DNA from: a virus
Lineage: Duplodnaviria > Heunggongvirae > Uroviricota > Caudoviricetes
DNA: 64,000 nucleotides
IMG/VR virus record: IMGVR_UViG_2875703104_000004
Direction: 5' to 3' (one strand)
In this document: positions 43,952 to 56,200 of the stretch, piece after piece
How the letters are laid out: every line of letters begins with the position of its first letter
Position numbering within the stretch: position 1 is the stretch's first letter
The notes under the pieces: model-generated
The model's input: the letters and a program-made list of their open reading frames with translations, nothing else
Databases searched by the model: none
Told to the model about the DNA's origin: nothing
Position numbers and translations under genes: made by a program

Positions 43952-44980
43952 ATGGGATTGTTTACGACCCGCCAGTTACTCGGTTATACCGAACAAAAAG
44001 TTAAATTTCGTGCGCTGTTTCTGGAGCTGTTTTTCCGCCGTACGGTGAATTTCCATACCGAAGAGGTGATGCTGGACAAAATTACCGGAAAAACGCCGGT
44101 GGCGGCCTATGTCTCCCCGGTTGTTGAAGGAAAAGTGCTGCGTCATCGTGGTGGTGAAACCCGCGTGTTGCGTCCGGGCTACGTCAAGCCGAAACACGAA
44201 TTTAATTACCAGCAGGCGGTTGAGCGCCTTCCTGGTGAAGATCCATCTCAACTGAATGATCCGGCTTACCGCCGTCTGCGTATCATTACCGATAACCTCA
44301 AACAGGAAGAGCACGCGATTGTCCAGGTGGAAGAAATGCAGGCGGTAAATGCTGTGTTGTATGGCAAATACACCATGGAAGGAGACCAGTTCGAGAAAAT
44401 TGAGGTCGATTTTGGCAGGTCGACGAAGAATAACATCACTCAGGGTAGTGGTAAGGAGTGGTCAAAACAGGATCGTGACACGTTCGATCCTACACATGAT
44501 ATTGACCTCTACTGCGACCTGGCCAGCGGTCTTGTGAATATTGCCATTATGGACGGTACCGTCTGGCGTCTTCTGAATGGTTTTAAGCTGTTCCGCGAAA
44601 AACTGGATACCCGTCGCGGTTCAAATTCTCAACTCGAAACGGCAGTGAAAGATCTGGGCGCAGTGGTGTCCTTCAAGGGGTATTACGGCGATCTGGCCAT
44701 TGTGGTGGCGAAAACGTCTTATATAGCAGAAGACGGTATCGAAAAACGTTATCTTCCAGATGGCATGCTGGTTCTGGGGAATACTGCTGCAGATGGGATC
44801 CGTTGTTACGGTGCCATTCAGGATGCTCAGGCGTTGTCCGAAGGTGTGGTGGCCTCTTCCCGTTATCCGAAACACTGGCTGACGGTAGGGGATCCCGCCC
44901 GTGAATTTACCATGACGCAGTCCGCGCCGCTGATGGTGTTGCCGGACCCGGATGAGTTTGTGGTGGTACAGGTGAAATAA
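43952..44980 (+). CDS. E: Major capsid protein E (342 aa)
   Basis: Co-linear with lambda gpE (…PGYVKPKHE…DPAYRRLRII…ETAVKDLG…ARYPKHWLTVGDPAREFTM…) by recall. Confidence 0.9.
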   Translation: MGLFTTRQLLGYTEQKVKFRALFLELFFRRTVNFHTEEVMLDKITGKTPVAAYVSPVVEGKVLRHRGGETRVLRPGYVKPKHEFNYQQAVERLPGEDPSQLNDPAYRRLRIITDNLKQEEHAIVQVEEMQAVNAVLYGKYTMEGDQFEKIEVDFGRSTKNNITQGSGKEWSKQDRDTFDPTHDIDLYCDLASGLVNIAIMDGTVWRLLNGFKLFREKLDTRRGSNSQLETAVKDLGAVVSFKGYYGDLAIVVAKTSYIAEDGIEKRYLPDGMLVLGNTAADGIRCYGAIQDAQALSEGVVASSRYPKHWLTVGDPAREFTMTQSAPLMVLPDPDEFVVVQVK

Positions 44981-45031
44981 TCCGTGAGCGGGGGCGAAAT
45001 GCCCCCGTGTCTTTTTTCACAGGGGGCTGAT

Positions 45032-45406
45032 ATGGCAACGAAAGAGCAAAATCTGAAACGGCTTGATGAACTGGCCCTGATTCTGGGGCGTGAGCCGGAT
45101 ATATCCGGGAGTGCCGCAGAGATAGCGCAGCGGGTGGCAGAATGGGAAGAGGAAATGCAGTCATCCGGCGATGATGTACAGGTTATGAATATGGATATCC
45201 GGGAGCGGGAAACCGCGGCTCATGATGTTCGTGAGGAAACATCCGGCGCGTTAACGCGCATCAGAGTTCTGACCTGCCTCCATCTCTGTGGCGTTGATGG
45301 TGAAACGGGGGAATCCGTTGAGCTTGCGGATGTTGGTCGGGTGATTCTGATTATGTCCTCAGATGCAAAAACACACGTTGATGGTGGAATGGCTGTTTAT
45401 GCGTGA
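45032..45406 (+). CDS. FI: FI-like DNA packaging protein
   Basis: Position after E; RBS AGGGGG; internal start of ORF 44984-45406. Confidence 0.6.
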   Translation: MATKEQNLKRLDELALILGREPDISGSAAEIAQRVAEWEEEMQSSGDDVQVMNMDIRERETAAHDVREETSGALTRIRVLTCLHLCGVDGETGESVELADVGRVILIMSSDAKTHVDGGMAVYA

Positions 45407-45752
45407 TTTTCAGAATGCCTTTGATGCCGCCCTTGCCGGGGTGGACAGTACGATTGTTGAAGTGATGGGCATCAGTGCGCAGTTCACCTCCGGTGCACAG
45501 CGTGGCGGCGAGGTTCATGGCGTTTTTGACGATCCGGAGTCGCTGGGTTTTGCCAGTAGTGGGATCCGTATTGAAGGAAGTAACCCGTCATTATTTGTGC
45601 TTACGGATACGGTTTGTGCTGTACGGCGTGGTGACACGCTGACCATTAACGGCGAGATGTTCTGGGTGGACCGTGTTTCTCCGGATGACGGAGGGAGTTG
45701 TTATCTCTGGCTCAACCGGGGGCAACCACCTGCCGCCAGCCGTCGCCGCTGA
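45399..45752 (+). CDS. FII: FII-like head-tail connector protein
   Basis: ...FDAALAGVDSTIVEVMG...GVFDDPE...EGSNPSLFV...RRGDTLTI...FWVDRVSPDDGGSCYLWL... parallels lambda FII (recall). Confidence 0.7.
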   Translation: MRDFQNAFDAALAGVDSTIVEVMGISAQFTSGAQRGGEVHGVFDDPESLGFASSGIRIEGSNPSLFVLTDTVCAVRRGDTLTINGEMFWVDRVSPDDGGSCYLWLNRGQPPAASRRR

Positions 45753-45763
45753 AAGGGGGATGT

Positions 45764-46342
45764 ATGGCCATAAAAGGTCTTGAGCAGGCCGTTGAAAACC
45801 TCAGCCGTATCAGCAAAACGGCAGTGCCTGGTGCCGCCGCAATGGCCATTAACCGCGTTGCTTCATCCGCGATATCGCAGTCGGCGTCACTGGTTGCCCG
45901 TGAGACAAAGGTACGCCGGAAACTGGTAAAGGAAAGGGCCAGGCTGAAAAGGGCCACGGTCAAAAATCCGCAGGCCAGAATCAAAGTTAACCGGGGGGAT
46001 TTGCCCGTAATCAGGCTGGGTAATGCGCGGGTTGTCCTTTCGCGCCGCAGGCGTCGTAAAAAGGGGCAGCGTTCATCCCTGAAAGGTGGCGGCAGCGTGC
46101 TTGTGGTGGGTAACCGTCGTATTCCCGGCGCGTTTATTCAGCAACTGAAAAATGGCCGCTGGCATGTCATGCAGCGTGTGGCCGGGAAAAACCGTTACCC
46201 CATTGATGTGGTGAAAATTCCGATGGCGGTGCCGCTGACCACGGCGTTTAAACAGAATATTGAGCGGATACGGCGTGAGCGTCTTCCGAAAGAGCTGGGC
46301 TATGCGCTGCAGCATCAACTGAGGATGGTAATAAAGCGATGA
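45764..46342 (+). CDS. Z: Tail completion protein Z
   Basis: MAIKGLEQAVENLSRISKTAVPGAAAMAINRVASSA... near-identical to lambda Z by recall. Confidence 0.8.
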   Translation: MAIKGLEQAVENLSRISKTAVPGAAAMAINRVASSAISQSASLVARETKVRRKLVKERARLKRATVKNPQARIKVNRGDLPVIRLGNARVVLSRRRRRKKGQRSSLKGGGSVLVVGNRRIPGAFIQQLKNGRWHVMQRVAGKNRYPIDVVKIPMAVPLTTAFKQNIERIRRERLPKELGYALQHQLRMVIKR

Positions 46343-46734
46343 AACATACTGAATTCCGTGCAGCCGTACTGGATGCACTGGAAAAACATGACACCGGGGC
46401 GACGCTTTTTGATGGTCGCCCCGCTGTTTTTGATGAGGCGGATTTTCCGGCAATTGCCGTTTATCTCACCGGCGCTGAATACACGGGCGAAGAGCTGGAC
46501 AGCGATACCTGGCAGGCGGAGCTGCATATTGAAGTTTTCCTGCCTGCTCAGGTGCCGGATTCAGAGCTGGATTCGTGGATGGAAAGCCGGATTTATCCGG
46601 CGATGAGCGATATCCCGGCACTGTCAGATTTGATCACCAGTATGGTGGCCAGTGGCTATGACTACCGGCGCGACGATGATGCGGGCCTGTGGAGTTCAGC
46701 CGATCTGACTTATGTCATTACCTATGAAATGTGA
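46339..46734 (+). CDS. U: Tail terminator protein U (131 aa)
   Basis: Position and size as lambda U; overlapping stop/start with Z. Confidence 0.8.
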   Translation: MKHTEFRAAVLDALEKHDTGATLFDGRPAVFDEADFPAIAVYLTGAEYTGEELDSDTWQAELHIEVFLPAQVPDSELDSWMESRIYPAMSDIPALSDLITSMVASGYDYRRDDDAGLWSSADLTYVITYEM

Positions 46735-46741
46735 GGACGAT

Positions 46742-47482
46742 ATGCCAACACCAAATCCTCTGGCACCGGTGAAAGGGGCCGGAACCACACTGTGGGTTTA
46801 TAACGGGAGCGGCGACCCTTATGCAAACCCGCTTTCAGACAATGACTGGTCGCGTCTGGCAAAAATTAAAGACCTGACGCCCGGCGAACTGACCGCTGAG
46901 TCCTATGACGACAGTTATCTCGATGATGAAGATGCGGACTGGACCGCGACCGGGCAGGGGCAGAAATCCGCCGGAGATACCAGCTTCACGCTGGCGTGGA
47001 TGCCCGGAGAGCAGGGGCAGCAGGCGCTGCTGGCGTGGTTTAATGAAGGTGATACCCGTGCCTATAAAATCCGCTTCCCGAACGGCACGGTCGATGTGTT
47101 CCGTGGCTGGGTCAGCAGTATCGGTAAGGCGGTGACGGCGAAGGAAGTGATCACCCGTACGGTGAAGGTCACCAATGTGGGCCGTCCGTCAATGGCAGAA
47201 GATCGCAGTACGGTGACGGCGGCAACCGGTATGACCGTGACGCCTGCCAGCTCCTCGGTGGTGAAAGGGCAGAGCACCACGCTGACCGTGGCCTTCCAGC
47301 CGGAGGGCGCAACTGACAAGAGCTTCCGTGCGGTGTCAGCGGATAAAACAAAAGCCACCGTGTCGGTCAGTGGTATGACCATCACCGTGAACGGCGTTGC
47401 TGCAGGCAAGGTCAACATTCCGGTTGTATCCGGTAATGGTGAACTTGCTGCGGTTGCAGAAATCACTGTCACCGACAGTTAA
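46742..47482 (+). CDS. V: Major tail protein V
   Basis: ...[68 protein letters not shown]... near-identical to lambda V by recall. Confidence 0.9.
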   Translation: MPTPNPLAPVKGAGTTLWVYNGSGDPYANPLSDNDWSRLAKIKDLTPGELTAESYDDSYLDDEDADWTATGQGQKSAGDTSFTLAWMPGEQGQQALLAWFNEGDTRAYKIRFPNGTVDVFRGWVSSIGKAVTAKEVITRTVKVTNVGRPSMAEDRSTVTAATGMTVTPASSSVVKGQSTTLTVAFQPEGATDKSFRAVSADKTKATVSVSGMTITVNGVAAGKVNIPVVSGNGELAAVAEITVTDS

Positions 47483-47497
47483 TCCGGAGAGTCAGCG

Positions 47498-47920
47498 ATG
47501 TTCCTGAAAACCGAATCATTTGAACATAACGGCGTGACCGTCACGCTTTCTGAACTGTCAGCCCTGCAGCGTATTGAGCATCTCGCCCTGATGAAACAGC
47601 AGGCAGAACAGGCGGAGTCAGACAGCAACCGGCAGGTTACTGTGGAAGACGCCATCAGAACCGGTGCTTTTGTGGTGGCGATGTCCCTGTGGCATAACCA
47701 TCCGCAGAAGACAAAGCAGCCTTCCATGAATGAAGCCGTTAAACAGATTGAGCAGGAAGTGCTTACCACCTGGCCCGCGGAGGCAATTTCTCATGCTGAA
47801 AACGTGGTGTACCGGCTGTCCGGTATGTATGGGTTTGTGGTGAATGATGCCCCTGACCAGGCAGAGGACTCCGGGCCTGCAGAGCCTGTTTCTGCGGGAA
47901 AGTGTTCGACGGTGAGCTGA
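47498..47920 (+). CDS. G: Tail assembly chaperone G
   Basis: Position between V and H; contains the slippery site near its 3' end. Confidence 0.8.
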   Translation: MFLKTESFEHNGVTVTLSELSALQRIEHLALMKQQAEQAESDSNRQVTVEDAIRTGAFVVAMSLWHNHPQKTKQPSMNEAVKQIEQEVLTTWPAEAISHAENVVYRLSGMYGFVVNDAPDQAEDSGPAEPVSAGKCSTVS

Positions 47921-48336
47921 GTTTTGCCCTGAAACTGGCGCGAGAGATGGGGCGACCTGACTGGCGCGCCATGCTTGCCGGGATGTCATCCACGGAGTAT
48001 GCCGACTGGCACCGCTTTTACAGTACCCATTATTTTCATGATGTTCTGCTGGATATGCACTTTTCCGGGCTGACGTACACTGTGCTCAGCCTGTTTTTCA
48101 GCGATCCGGATATGCATCCGCTGGATTTCAGTTTGCTGAACCGGCGTGAGGATGACGAAGAGCCTGAAGATGATGTGCTGATGCAGAAAGCGGCAGGGCT
48201 TACCGGAGGCGTCCGCTTTGACCCGGACGGAAATGAAGTTATCCCCGCTTCCCCGGATATGGCGGGCATGACGGAGGATGACGTAATGCTGATGACAGTA
48301 TCAGAAGGGATCGCAGGAGGAGTCCGGTATGGCTGA
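47498..48336 (+). CDS. GT: G-T tail assembly chaperone fusion (via -1 frameshift at 47896-47902)
   Basis: ORF 47902-48336 in the -1 frame with no independent RBS; co-linear with lambda T. Confidence 0.7.
47896..47902 (+). promoter_or_regulatory. G GGA AAG slippery heptamer for the programmed -1 frameshift giving the G-T fusion
   Basis: Heptamer read directly; T frame open from here to 48336; established lambda G/T mechanism. Confidence 0.7.
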
Positions 48337-50825
48337 ACCGGTAGGCGATCTGGTCGTTGATTTAAGTCTGGATGCGGCCAGATTTGACGAGCAGATGGCC
48401 AGAGTCAGGCGTCATTTTTCCGGTACGGAAAGTGATGCGAAAAAAACAGCGGCAGTCGTTGAACAGTCGCTGAGCCGACAGGCGCTGGCTGCACAGAAAG
48501 CGGGGATTTCCGTCGGGCAGTATAAAGCCGCCATGCGTATGCTGCCTGCACAGTTCACCGACGTGGCCACGCAGCTTGCAGGCGGGCAAAGCCCGTGGCT
48601 GATCCTGCTGCAACAGGGTGGTCAGGTTAAGGACTCCTTCGGCGGGATGATCCCCATGTTCCGGGGGCTTGCCGGTGCGATCACCCTGCCGATGGTCGGG
48701 GCCACCTCGCTGGCGGTGGCGACCGGTGCGCTGGCGTATGCCTGGTATCAGGGTAACTCAACCCTGTCCGATTTCAACAAAACGCTGGTCCTTTCCGGCA
48801 ATCAGTCGGGTCTGACGGCAGATCGTATGCTGGTCCTGTCCAGAGCCGGGCAGGCGGCAGGGCTGACGTTTAACCAGACCAGCGAGTCACTCAGCGCACT
48901 GGTTAAGGCGGGAGTAAGCGGTGAGGCTCAGATTGCATCCATCAGCCAGAGTGTGGCGCGTTTCTCCTCTGCATCCGGCGTGGAGGTGGACAAGGTCGCT
49001 GAAGCCTTCGGGAAGCTGACCACTGACCCGACGTCGGGGCTGACGGCGATGGCGCGCCAGTTCCATAACGTAACGGCGGAGCAGATTGCGTATGTTGCTC
49101 AGTTGCAGCGTTCCGGCGATGAATCCGGGGCATTGCAGGCGGCGAACGAGGCCGCAACGAAAGGGTTTGATGACCAGACCCGACGCCTGAAAGAGAACAT
49201 GGGCACGCTGGAAACCTGGGCAGACAGGACAGCACGGGCATTCAAATCCATGTGGGATGCGGTGCTGGATATTGGTCGTCCTGATACCGCTCAGGAGATG
49301 CTGATTAAGGCAGAGGCTGCGTTTAAGAAAGCGGACGACATCTGGAATCTGCGCAAGGATGATTATTTTGTTAACGATGAAGCGCGGGCGCGTTACTGGG
49401 ATGATCGTGAAAAGGCCCGTCTTGCGCTTGAAGCCGCCCGAAAGAAGGCTGAACAGCAGAGTCAACAGGACAAAAATGCGCAGCAGCAGAGCGATACCGA
49501 AGCATCACGGCTGAAATATACCGAAGAGGCGCAGAAGGCTTACGAACGGCTGCAGACACCGCTGGAGAAATATACCGCCCGTCAGGAAGAACTGAACAAG
49601 GCACTGAAAGACGGGAAAATCCTGCAGGCAGATTACAACACGCTGATGGCGGCGGCGAAAAAGGATTATGAAGCGACGCTGAAAAAGCCGAAACAGTCCG
49701 GCGTGAAGGTGTCTGCGGGCGATCGTCAGGAAGACAGTGCTCATGCTGCCCTGCTGACGCTTCAGGCTGAACTCCGGACGCTGGAGAAGCATGCCGGAGC
49801 AAATGAGAAAATCAGCCAGCAGCGCCGGGATTTGTGGAAAATCCCTGCTGGCGCATAAAGATGAGACGCTGGAGTACAAACGCCAGCTGGCTGCACTTGG
49901 CGACAAGGTTACGTATCAGGAGCGCCTGAACGCGCTGGCGCAGCAGGCGGATAAATTCGCACAGCAGCAACGGGCAAAACGGGCCGCTATTGATGCGAAA
50001 AGCCGGGGGCTGACTGACCGGCAGGCAGAACGGGAAGCCACGGAACAGCGCCTGAAGGAACAGTATGGCGATAATCCTCTGGCGCTGAATAACGTCATGT
50101 CAGAGCAGAAAAAGACCTGGGCGGCTGAAGACCTGCTTCGCGGGAACTGGATGGCAGGCCTGAAGTCCGGCTGGAGTGAGTGGGAAGAGAGTGCCACGGA
50201 CAGTATGTCGCAGGTTAAAAGTGCTGCCACGCAGACCTTTGATGGTATTGCGCAGAATATGGCGGCGATGCTGACCGGCAGTGAACAGAACTGGCGCAGC
50301 TTCACCCGTTCCGTGCTGTCCATGATGACAGAAATTCTGCTTAAGCAGGCAATGGTGGGGATTGTCGGGAGTATCGGCAGCGCTATTGGCGGGGCTGTTG
50401 GTGGCGGCGCATCCGCGTCAGGCGGTACAGCCATTCAGGCCGCTGCGGCGAAACTCCATTTTGCAACCGGAGGATTTACGGGAACCGGCGGCAAATATGA
50501 GCCAGCGGGGATTGTTCACCGTGGTGAATTTGTCTTCACGAAGGAGGCAACCAGCCGGATTGGCGTGGGAAATCTCTACCGGCTGATGCGCGGCTATGCC
50601 ACCGGCGGTTATGTCGGTGGCACCGGAAGTCCGGCGCAAATGCGGCGTTCAGAGGGTATCAGGTTTGAGCAGAACAACAACGTGGTGATTCAGAACGACG
50701 GTACGAATGGTCTGCCAGGTCCACAGATGATGAAGGCGGTGTATGACATGGCCCGCAAGGGTGCCCGTGATGAAATCCAGGCACAGATGCGCGATGGTGG
50801 TCTGTTCTCCGGAGGTGGACGATGA
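48329..50825 (+). pseudogene. H: Tape measure protein H, broken by a frame-shifting deletion near 49840
   Basis: ORFs 48329-49858 and 49791-50825 are both co-linear with lambda H; about 21 codons present in lambda (recall) are absent at the junction ...DLWK | KSLLAHKDETLEYKR. Confidence 0.8.
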
Positions 50826-51151
50826 AAACCTTCCGCTGGAAAGTGAAACCCGGGATGGATGTGACATCGGCTCCTTCCGTCAGGGAGGTGCGCTTTGGTG
50901 ATGGCTATTCCCAGCGTGCGCCTGCCGGGCTGAACGCTGACCTGAAAACGTACAGCGTGACGCTGTCTGTCTCCCGTGAGGAGGCCACGGCGCTGGAGTC
51001 GTTTCTGGCTGAGCACGGGGGCTGGAAGGCCTTTCTGTGGACGCCGCCTTATGGTTACAGGCAGATAAAGGTGACCTGCGCAAAATGGTCGTCGCGGGTC
51101 AGTATGCTGCGTGTTGAGTTCAGCGCAGAGTTTGAACAGGTGGTGAACTGA
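50822..51151 (+). CDS. M: Minor tail protein M (109 aa)
   Basis: Size and position as lambda M; overlapping start/stop. Confidence 0.85.
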   Translation: MKTFRWKVKPGMDVTSAPSVREVRFGDGYSQRAPAGLNADLKTYSVTLSVSREEATALESFLAEHGGWKAFLWTPPYGYRQIKVTCAKWSSRVSMLRVEFSAEFEQVVN

Positions 51152-51849
51152 TGCAGGATATCCGGCAGGAAACATTGAATGAATGCACCCGTGCGGAGCA
51201 GTCGGCCAGCGTGGTGCTCTGGGAAATCGATCTGACAGAGGTCGGTGGAGAACGTTATTTTTTCTGTAATGAGCAGAACGAAAAAGGTGAGCCGGTCACC
51301 TGGCAGGGGCGACAGTATCAGCCGTATCCCATTCAGGGGAGTAGTTTTGAACTGAATGGCAAAGGCACCAGTACGCGCCCCACGCTGACGGTTTCTAACC
51401 TGTACGGTATGGTCACCGGGATGGTGGAAGATCTGCAGAGTCTGGTCGGCGGAACGGTGGTCAGGCGTAAGGTTTACGCCCGTTTTCTGGATGCGGTGAA
51501 CTTCGTCAACGGAAACAGCGACGCCGATCCGGAGCAGGAGGTGATCAGCCGCTGGCGCATCGAGCAGTGCAGCGAACTGAGTGCGGTCAGTGCCTCCTTT
51601 GTACTGTCCACACCGACGGAAACGGATGGTGCCGTTTTTCCGGGGCGCATCATGCTGGCTAATACCTGCACCTGGACCTATCGCGGTGATGAGTGCGGTT
51701 ATCACGGTCCGGCGGTCGCGGATGAATATGATCAGCCGACTTCCGATATCACGAAGGATAAATGCAGCAAATGCCTGAGCGGCTGTAAGTTTCGCAATAA
51801 CGTCGGCAACTTTGGCGGCTTCCTTTCCATTAACAAACTTTCGCAGTAA
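51151..51849 (+). CDS. L: Minor tail protein L (232 aa)
   Basis: Size and position as lambda L; C-terminal Cys cluster. Confidence 0.85.
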   Translation: MQDIRQETLNECTRAEQSASVVLWEIDLTEVGGERYFFCNEQNEKGEPVTWQGRQYQPYPIQGSSFELNGKGTSTRPTLTVSNLYGMVTGMVEDLQSLVGGTVVRRKVYARFLDAVNFVNGNSDADPEQEVISRWRIEQCSELSAVSASFVLSTPTETDGAVFPGRIMLANTCTWTYRGDECGYHGPAVADEYDQPTSDITKDKCSKCLSGCKFRNNVGNFGGFLSINKLSQ

Positions 51850-51854
51850 ATCCC

Positions 51855-52598
51855 ATGACAGAGACAGAATCAGCGATTCTGGCGCATGCCCGGCGATGTG
51901 CGCCAGCGGAGTCGTGCGGCTTCGTGGTGAGAGCGCCGGAGGGGGAAAGATATTTTCCCTGCGTGAATATCTCCGGTGAGCCGGAGGCGTATTTCCGGAT
52001 GGCTCCGGAGGACTGGCTGCAGGCAGAGATGCAGGGTGAGATTGTGGCGCTGGTCCACAGTCATCCCGGTGGTCTGCCCTGGCTGAGTGAGGCCGACCGG
52101 CGGCTGCAGGTGCAGAGTGATTTGCCGTGGTGGCTGGTCTGCCGGGGGGCGATTCATAAGTTCCGCTGTGTGCCGCATCTCACCGGGCGGCGCTTTGAGC
52201 ACGGGGTGACGGACTGTTACACGCTGTTCCGGGACGCTTACCATCTGGCGGGGATTGAGATGCCGGACTTTCATCGTGAGGATGACTGGTGGCGTAACGG
52301 CCAGAATCTCTATCTTGATAATCTGGAGGCCACAGGGCTGTATCAGGTGCCGTTGTCAGCGGCGCAGCCGGGCGATGTGCTGCTGTGCTGCTTTGGTTCA
52401 TCGGTGCCGAATCATGCCGCTATTTACTGTGGTGACGGCGAGCTGCTGCACCATATTCCTGAACAACTGAGTAAACGAGAGAGGTATACCGACAAATGGC
52501 AGCGACGCACACACTCCCTCTGGCGTCACCGGGCATGGCGCGCATCTGCCTTTACGGGGATTTACAACGATTTGGCCGCCGCATCGACCTTCGTGTGA
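51855..52598 (+). CDS. K: Tail assembly protein K (JAB/MPN and NlpC/P60-like), ORF as assembled
   Basis: ...VALVHSHPGG... (JAB/MPN-like) and ...CYTLF... motifs; 3' end overlaps I more than expected, so the stop position is uncertain. Confidence 0.75.
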   Translation: MTETESAILAHARRCAPAESCGFVVRAPEGERYFPCVNISGEPEAYFRMAPEDWLQAEMQGEIVALVHSHPGGLPWLSEADRRLQVQSDLPWWLVCRGAIHKFRCVPHLTGRRFEHGVTDCYTLFRDAYHLAGIEMPDFHREDDWWRNGQNLYLDNLEATGLYQVPLSAAQPGDVLLCCFGSSVPNHAAIYCGDGELLHHIPEQLSKRERYTDKWQRRTHSLWRHRAWRASAFTGIYNDLAAASTFV

Positions 52599-53167
52599 AA
52601 ACGGGGGCTGAAGCCATCCGCGCACTGGCCACACAGCTCCCGGTGTTTCGTCAGAAACTGAGCGACGGCTGGTATCAGGTACGGATTGCCGGGCGGGACG
52701 TCAGCACGTCCGGGTTAACGGCGCAGTTACATGAGACTCTGCCTGATGGCGCTGTGATTCATATTGTTCCCAGAGTCGCCGGGGCCAAGTCAGGTGGCGT
52801 ATTCCAGATTGTCCTGGGGGCTGCCGCCATTGCCGGATCATTCTTTACCGCCGGAGCCACCCTTGCAGCATGGGGGGCAGCCATTGGGGCCGGTGGTATG
52901 ACCGGCATCCTGTTTTCTCTCGGTGCCAGTATGGTGCTCGGTGGTGTGGCGCAGATGCTGGCACCGAAAGCCAGAACTCCCCGTACACAGACAACGGATA
53001 ACGGCAAACAGAACACCTATTTCTCCTCACTGGATAACATGGTTGCCCAGGGCAATGTTCTGCCGGTTCTGTACGGTGAAATGCGCGTGGGGTCACGCGT
53101 GGTTTCTCAGGAGATCAGCACGGCAGACGAAGGGGATGGTGGTCAGGTTGTGGTGATTGGTCGCTGA
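52496..53167 (+). CDS. I: Tail assembly protein I (223 aa)
   Basis: MAATHTLPLASPGMARICLYGDLQRFGRRIDLRVKTGAEAIRALATQLP... near-identical to lambda I by recall. Confidence 0.85.
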   Translation: MAATHTLPLASPGMARICLYGDLQRFGRRIDLRVKTGAEAIRALATQLPVFRQKLSDGWYQVRIAGRDVSTSGLTAQLHETLPDGAVIHIVPRVAGAKSGGVFQIVLGAAAIAGSFFTAGATLAAWGAAIGAGGMTGILFSLGASMVLGGVAQMLAPKARTPRTQTTDNGKQNTYFSSLDNMVAQGNVLPVLYGEMRVGSRVVSQEISTADEGDGGQVVVIGR

Positions 53168-53227
53168 TGCAAAATGTTTTATGTGAAACCGCCTCCGGGC
53201 GGTTTTATCGTTTATGGAGCATGAGGA

Positions 53228-56200
53228 ATGGGTAAAGGCAGCAGTAAGGGGCATACCCCGCGCGAAGCGAAGGACAACCTGAAATCATCCCAGATGCTGA
53301 GCGTGATAGACGCCATCAGCGAAGGGCCGGTTGAAGGTCCGGTGGATGGATTAAAAAGCGTGCTGCTGAACAGTACGCCGGTGCTGGACAGTGAGGGGAA
53401 TACCAATATATTCGGCGTCACGGTGGTGTTCCGGGCCGGTGAGCAGGAGCAGACACCGCCGGAGGGATTTGAATCCTCCGGCTCCGAGACGGTGCTCGGT
53501 ACAGAAGTGAAATATGACACGCCGATCACCCGGACCATCACGTCGGCAAACATTGACCGTCTGCGTTTTACTTTCGGCGTGCAGGCACTGGTGGAAACCA
53601 CCTCAAAGGGGGACAGGAATCCATCGGAAGTCCGCCTGCTGGTTCAGATTCAACGTAACGGTGGCTGGGTGACGGAAAAAGACATCACCATTAAGGGCAA
53701 AACCACGTCGCAGTATCTGGCCTCGGTGGTGGTGGATAACCTGCCGCCGCGCCCGTTTAATATCCGGATGCGCAGGATGACGCCGGACAGCACCACAGAC
53801 CAGTTGCAGAACAAAACGCTCTGGTCGTCATACACCGAAATCATCGATGTGAAACAGTGCTACCCGAACACGGCACTGGTCGGCGTACAGGTGGACTCGG
53901 AGCAGTTCGGCAGCCAGCAGGTGAGCCGTAATTATCATCTTCGCGGGCGCATTCTGCAGGTGCCGTCGAACTATAACCCGCAGACGCGGCAATACAGCGG
54001 TATCTGGGACGGAACGTTTAAGCCAGCATACAGCAACAACATGGCCTGGTGTCTGTGGGATATGCTGACCCATCCGCGCTACGGCATGGGGAAACGTCTT
54101 GGTGCGGCAGATGTGGATAAATGGGCGCTGTATGTCATCGGCCAGAATTGCGACCAGTCAGTGCCGGACGGCTTTGGCGGCACGGAGCCGCGCATCACCT
54201 GTAATGCGTACCTGACCACACAGCGCAAGGCGTGGGATGTGCTCAGTGATTTTTGCTCGGCGATGCGCTGTATGCCGGTATGGAACGGGCAGACGCTGAC
54301 ATTCGTGCAGGACCGACCGTCGGATAAGGTGTGGACCTATAACCGCAGTAATGTGGTGATGCCGGATGATGGCGCGCCGTTCCGCTACAGCTTCAGCGCC
54401 CTGAAAGACCGCCATAATGCCGTTGAGGTGAACTGGATTGACCCGGATAACGGCTGGGAGACGGCGACAGAGCTTGTGGAGGACACGCAGGCCATTGCCC
54501 GTTACGGTCGTAACGTCACGAAGATGGATGCCTTTGGCTGTACCAGCCGGGGGCAGGCACACCGCGCCGGGCTGTGGCTGATTAAAACGGAGCTGCTGGA
54601 AACGCAGACCGTGGACTTCAGCGTGGGTGCAGAAGGGCTTCGCCATGTACCGGGCGATGTCATTGAAATCTGTGATGATGACTATGCGGGGATCAGCATC
54701 GGCGGGCGCGTGCTGGCGGTGAACAACCAGACGCGGACACTGACGCTCGACCGTGAAATCACGCTGCCATCCTCCGGCACCACGCTGATAAGCCTGGCTG
54801 ACGGACAGGGGAATCCGGTCAGCGTGGAGGTCCAGTCCGTCACCGACGGCGTGAAGGTAAAAGTGAGCCGTGTTCCTGACGGCGTTGCAGAATACAGCGT
54901 GTGGGGGCTGAAGTTGCCAACGTTGCGCCAGCGCCTGTTCCGCTGTGTGAGTATCCGTGAGAACGATGACGGCACGTATGCCATCACTGCCGTGCAGCAT
55001 GTACCGGAAAAAGAGGCCATCGTGGATAACGGGGCGCACTTTGACGGCGACCAGAGCGGCACGGTGAATGGTGTCACGCCGCCAGCGGTGCAGCACCAGC
55101 GGGGAATATCAGGTGCTGGCGCGCTGGGACACGCCGAAGGTGGTGAAGGGGGTGAGCTTTATGCTTCGCCTGACCGTGGCAGCGGATGACGGCAGTGAGC
55201 GGCTGGTCAGCACGGCCCGGACGACGGAAACCACATACCGCTTCAGGCAACTGGCGCTGGGGAACTACAGGCTGACAGTCCGGGCGGTAAATGCGTGGGG
55301 GCAGCAGGGCGATCCGGCATCGGTATCGTTCCGGATTGCCGCACCGGCAGCGCCGTCGCAGATTGAGCTGACACCGGGGTATTTTCAGATAACCGCCACG
55401 CCGCATCTTGCGGTTTATGATCCGACGGTACAGTTTGAGTTCTGGTTCTCGGAAAAGCGGATTGCGGATATCAGGCAGGTTGAAACCACAGCACGCTATC
55501 TTGGCACGGCGCTGTACTGGATAGCCGCCAGTATCAATATCAAACCGGGCCATGATTATTATTTTTACATCCGCAGTGTGAACACCGTTGGCAAATCGGC
55601 ATTTGTGGAGGCTGTTGGCCAGCCGAGTGATGATGCATCCGGCTATCTGAATTTTTTCAAAGGAGAGATAGGGAAAACCCATCTGGCTCAGGAGTTGTGG
55701 ACGCAGATTGATAACGGTCAGCTTGCGCCTGACCTGGCTGAAATCAGGACGTCCATTACGGGTGTCAGCAATGAAATCACGCAGACCGTCAATAAGAAAC
55801 TGGAAGACCAGAGTGCAGCGATCCAGCAGATACAGAAGGTTCAGGTTGATACAAATAATAACCTGAACAGCATGTGGGCTGTGAAGCTGCAGCAGATGCA
55901 GGACGGACGCCTTTATATCGCGGGTATTGGTGCCGGTGTTGAGAATACTCCTGACGGTATGCAGAGTCAGGTGCTGCTGGCGGCGGACAGGATTGCGATG
56001 ATTAATCCTGCGAATGGCAACACAAAGCCGATGTTTGTTGGGCAGGGCGATCAGATATTCATGAACGAAGTGTTCCTGAAATATCTGACGGCTCCCACCA
56101 TTACCAGCGGTGGCAATCCCCCAACGTTTTCACTGACACCTGATGGTCGACTTTCTGCGAAAAATGCGGATATCAGCGGTAACGTGAACGCGAACTCCGG

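Noticed and set aside
54158-55096. 312-aa minus-strand ORF inside J, and similar long antisense ORFs in C, H, K and I (42020-42595, 49505-49906, 50690-51175, 51055-51705)
   Set aside because: Arg/His/Pro-rich, no RBS, fully contained in well-supported structural genes; typical shadow frames.
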